64,000 bases of DNA, taken from positions 13,343,175 to 13,407,174 of the forward strand of contig MU056000.1 in assembly GCA_013239625.1 (NCBI GenBank). The letters run 5' to 3'. The notes under the pieces were generated by a model. The model was given only the letters and a program-made list of their open reading frames with translations. It had not been told where the DNA came from and searched no databases. The position numbers and the translations under genes were made by a program. Below are positions 63,453 through 64,000 of this stretch, piece after piece. This DNA comes from Lama guanicoe (taxonomy: Eukaryota). Position 1 is the stretch's first letter. Every line of letters starts with the position of its first letter.

Positions 63453-63830
63453 TATTATACGCTGAGTATTTGTGTTCTCCCAAATCCATATGTTGAAGCC
63501 CTAATTAGCAATGTGACTCTATTTGGAGATGCAGCCCCTATGGAAGTAATTAAGGTTAAATGAGGACACAGAGGTGAGGCCCTCAAGCTGTTGGATCCAT
63601 GTCTGTCTCTTTCTCTCTCCCCTCCCACAAGAAATACAGAGGAAAGACCTTGTGGAGTCATCGTGAGAAAACAGCCACCTAGAAGTCAGGAGGAGAGCTC
63701 TCATCAGAAACAGAATAAAGACACTTTAATTGTGTACTTCTAGCCTCCAAAATTGTGAGAAAAATATGTCTGTGGTTTCAGCCACTCAGTTTACAATATT
63801 TTGTTATTGCAGCCCAAGCATACTAACACA
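63453..63830 (+). mobile_element. MLT1A-type solo LTR
   Basis: caaatccatatgttgaagccctaa...gtaattaaggttaaatgagg...ttctagcctccaaaattgtgagaaa...gcagcccaagcatactaacaca. Confidence 0.88.
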
Positions 63831-64000
63831 CTGAGGAACACAAAACAGGGACATTACATAGATGCAATGCCATGCTGCACTTTGTAAACTTAAGGAATGC
63901 ATCTGTATCTGTATACTTTATGAAAGGAGAATCTAGAATTGTGTATTCACCTCTGTGAATTTGCCTATGAGACAAGGAGCTTATCAGCCTGCATTTCTTT

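Noticed and set aside
1..64000. CRISPR arrays, tRNA/rRNA/snRNA genes, CpG-island promoter, intact retroelement ORFs, or a novel multi-gene system
   Set aside because: No regularly spaced repeats, no recognisable structural RNA, no CpG island and no long ORF; the unusual structures seen are explained by known L1/LTR and repair processes

Overview
AT-rich mammalian non-coding DNA, either a gene desert or the interior of a large intron. No protein-coding exon, RNA gene, CpG island or CRISPR array is supported, and the listed ORFs look like chance or repeat-derived frames. The young LINE-1 3' ends are of the cetartiodactyl type (...tgctgtacaccagaaattgacacattgtaaactgactatac...). I saw no pig PRE1, ruminant Bov-A/BovB or cetacean CHR SINEs, so a camelid source is my best inference. 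The window is dominated by L1 (young and old), L2, MIR, MaLR/ERVL/ERV1 LTRs and hAT fragments. Family names come from recalled consensus sequences, not from a search. The most notable observations are: (i) a 5'-truncated processed retrocopy of what I recognise as the PPP1CB 3' UTR, with poly(A) and a 12-bp TSD (32.5-33.2 kb); (ii) three 5'-inverted, twin-priming-type L1s within 9 kb, one fusing the extreme L1 5' end in inverted orientation to the last ~750 bp; (iii) a 37-bp fold-back inverted duplication inside an MLT1C LTR; (iv) a solo poly(A) insertion flanked by a 15-bp duplication; (v) a tailless L1 fragment replacing half of an MLT1 LTR; (vi) several candidate enhancer elements, including good RFX X-boxes. 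I found no evidence for a previously undescribed biological system; the unusual structures fit known retrotransposition and repair mechanisms.
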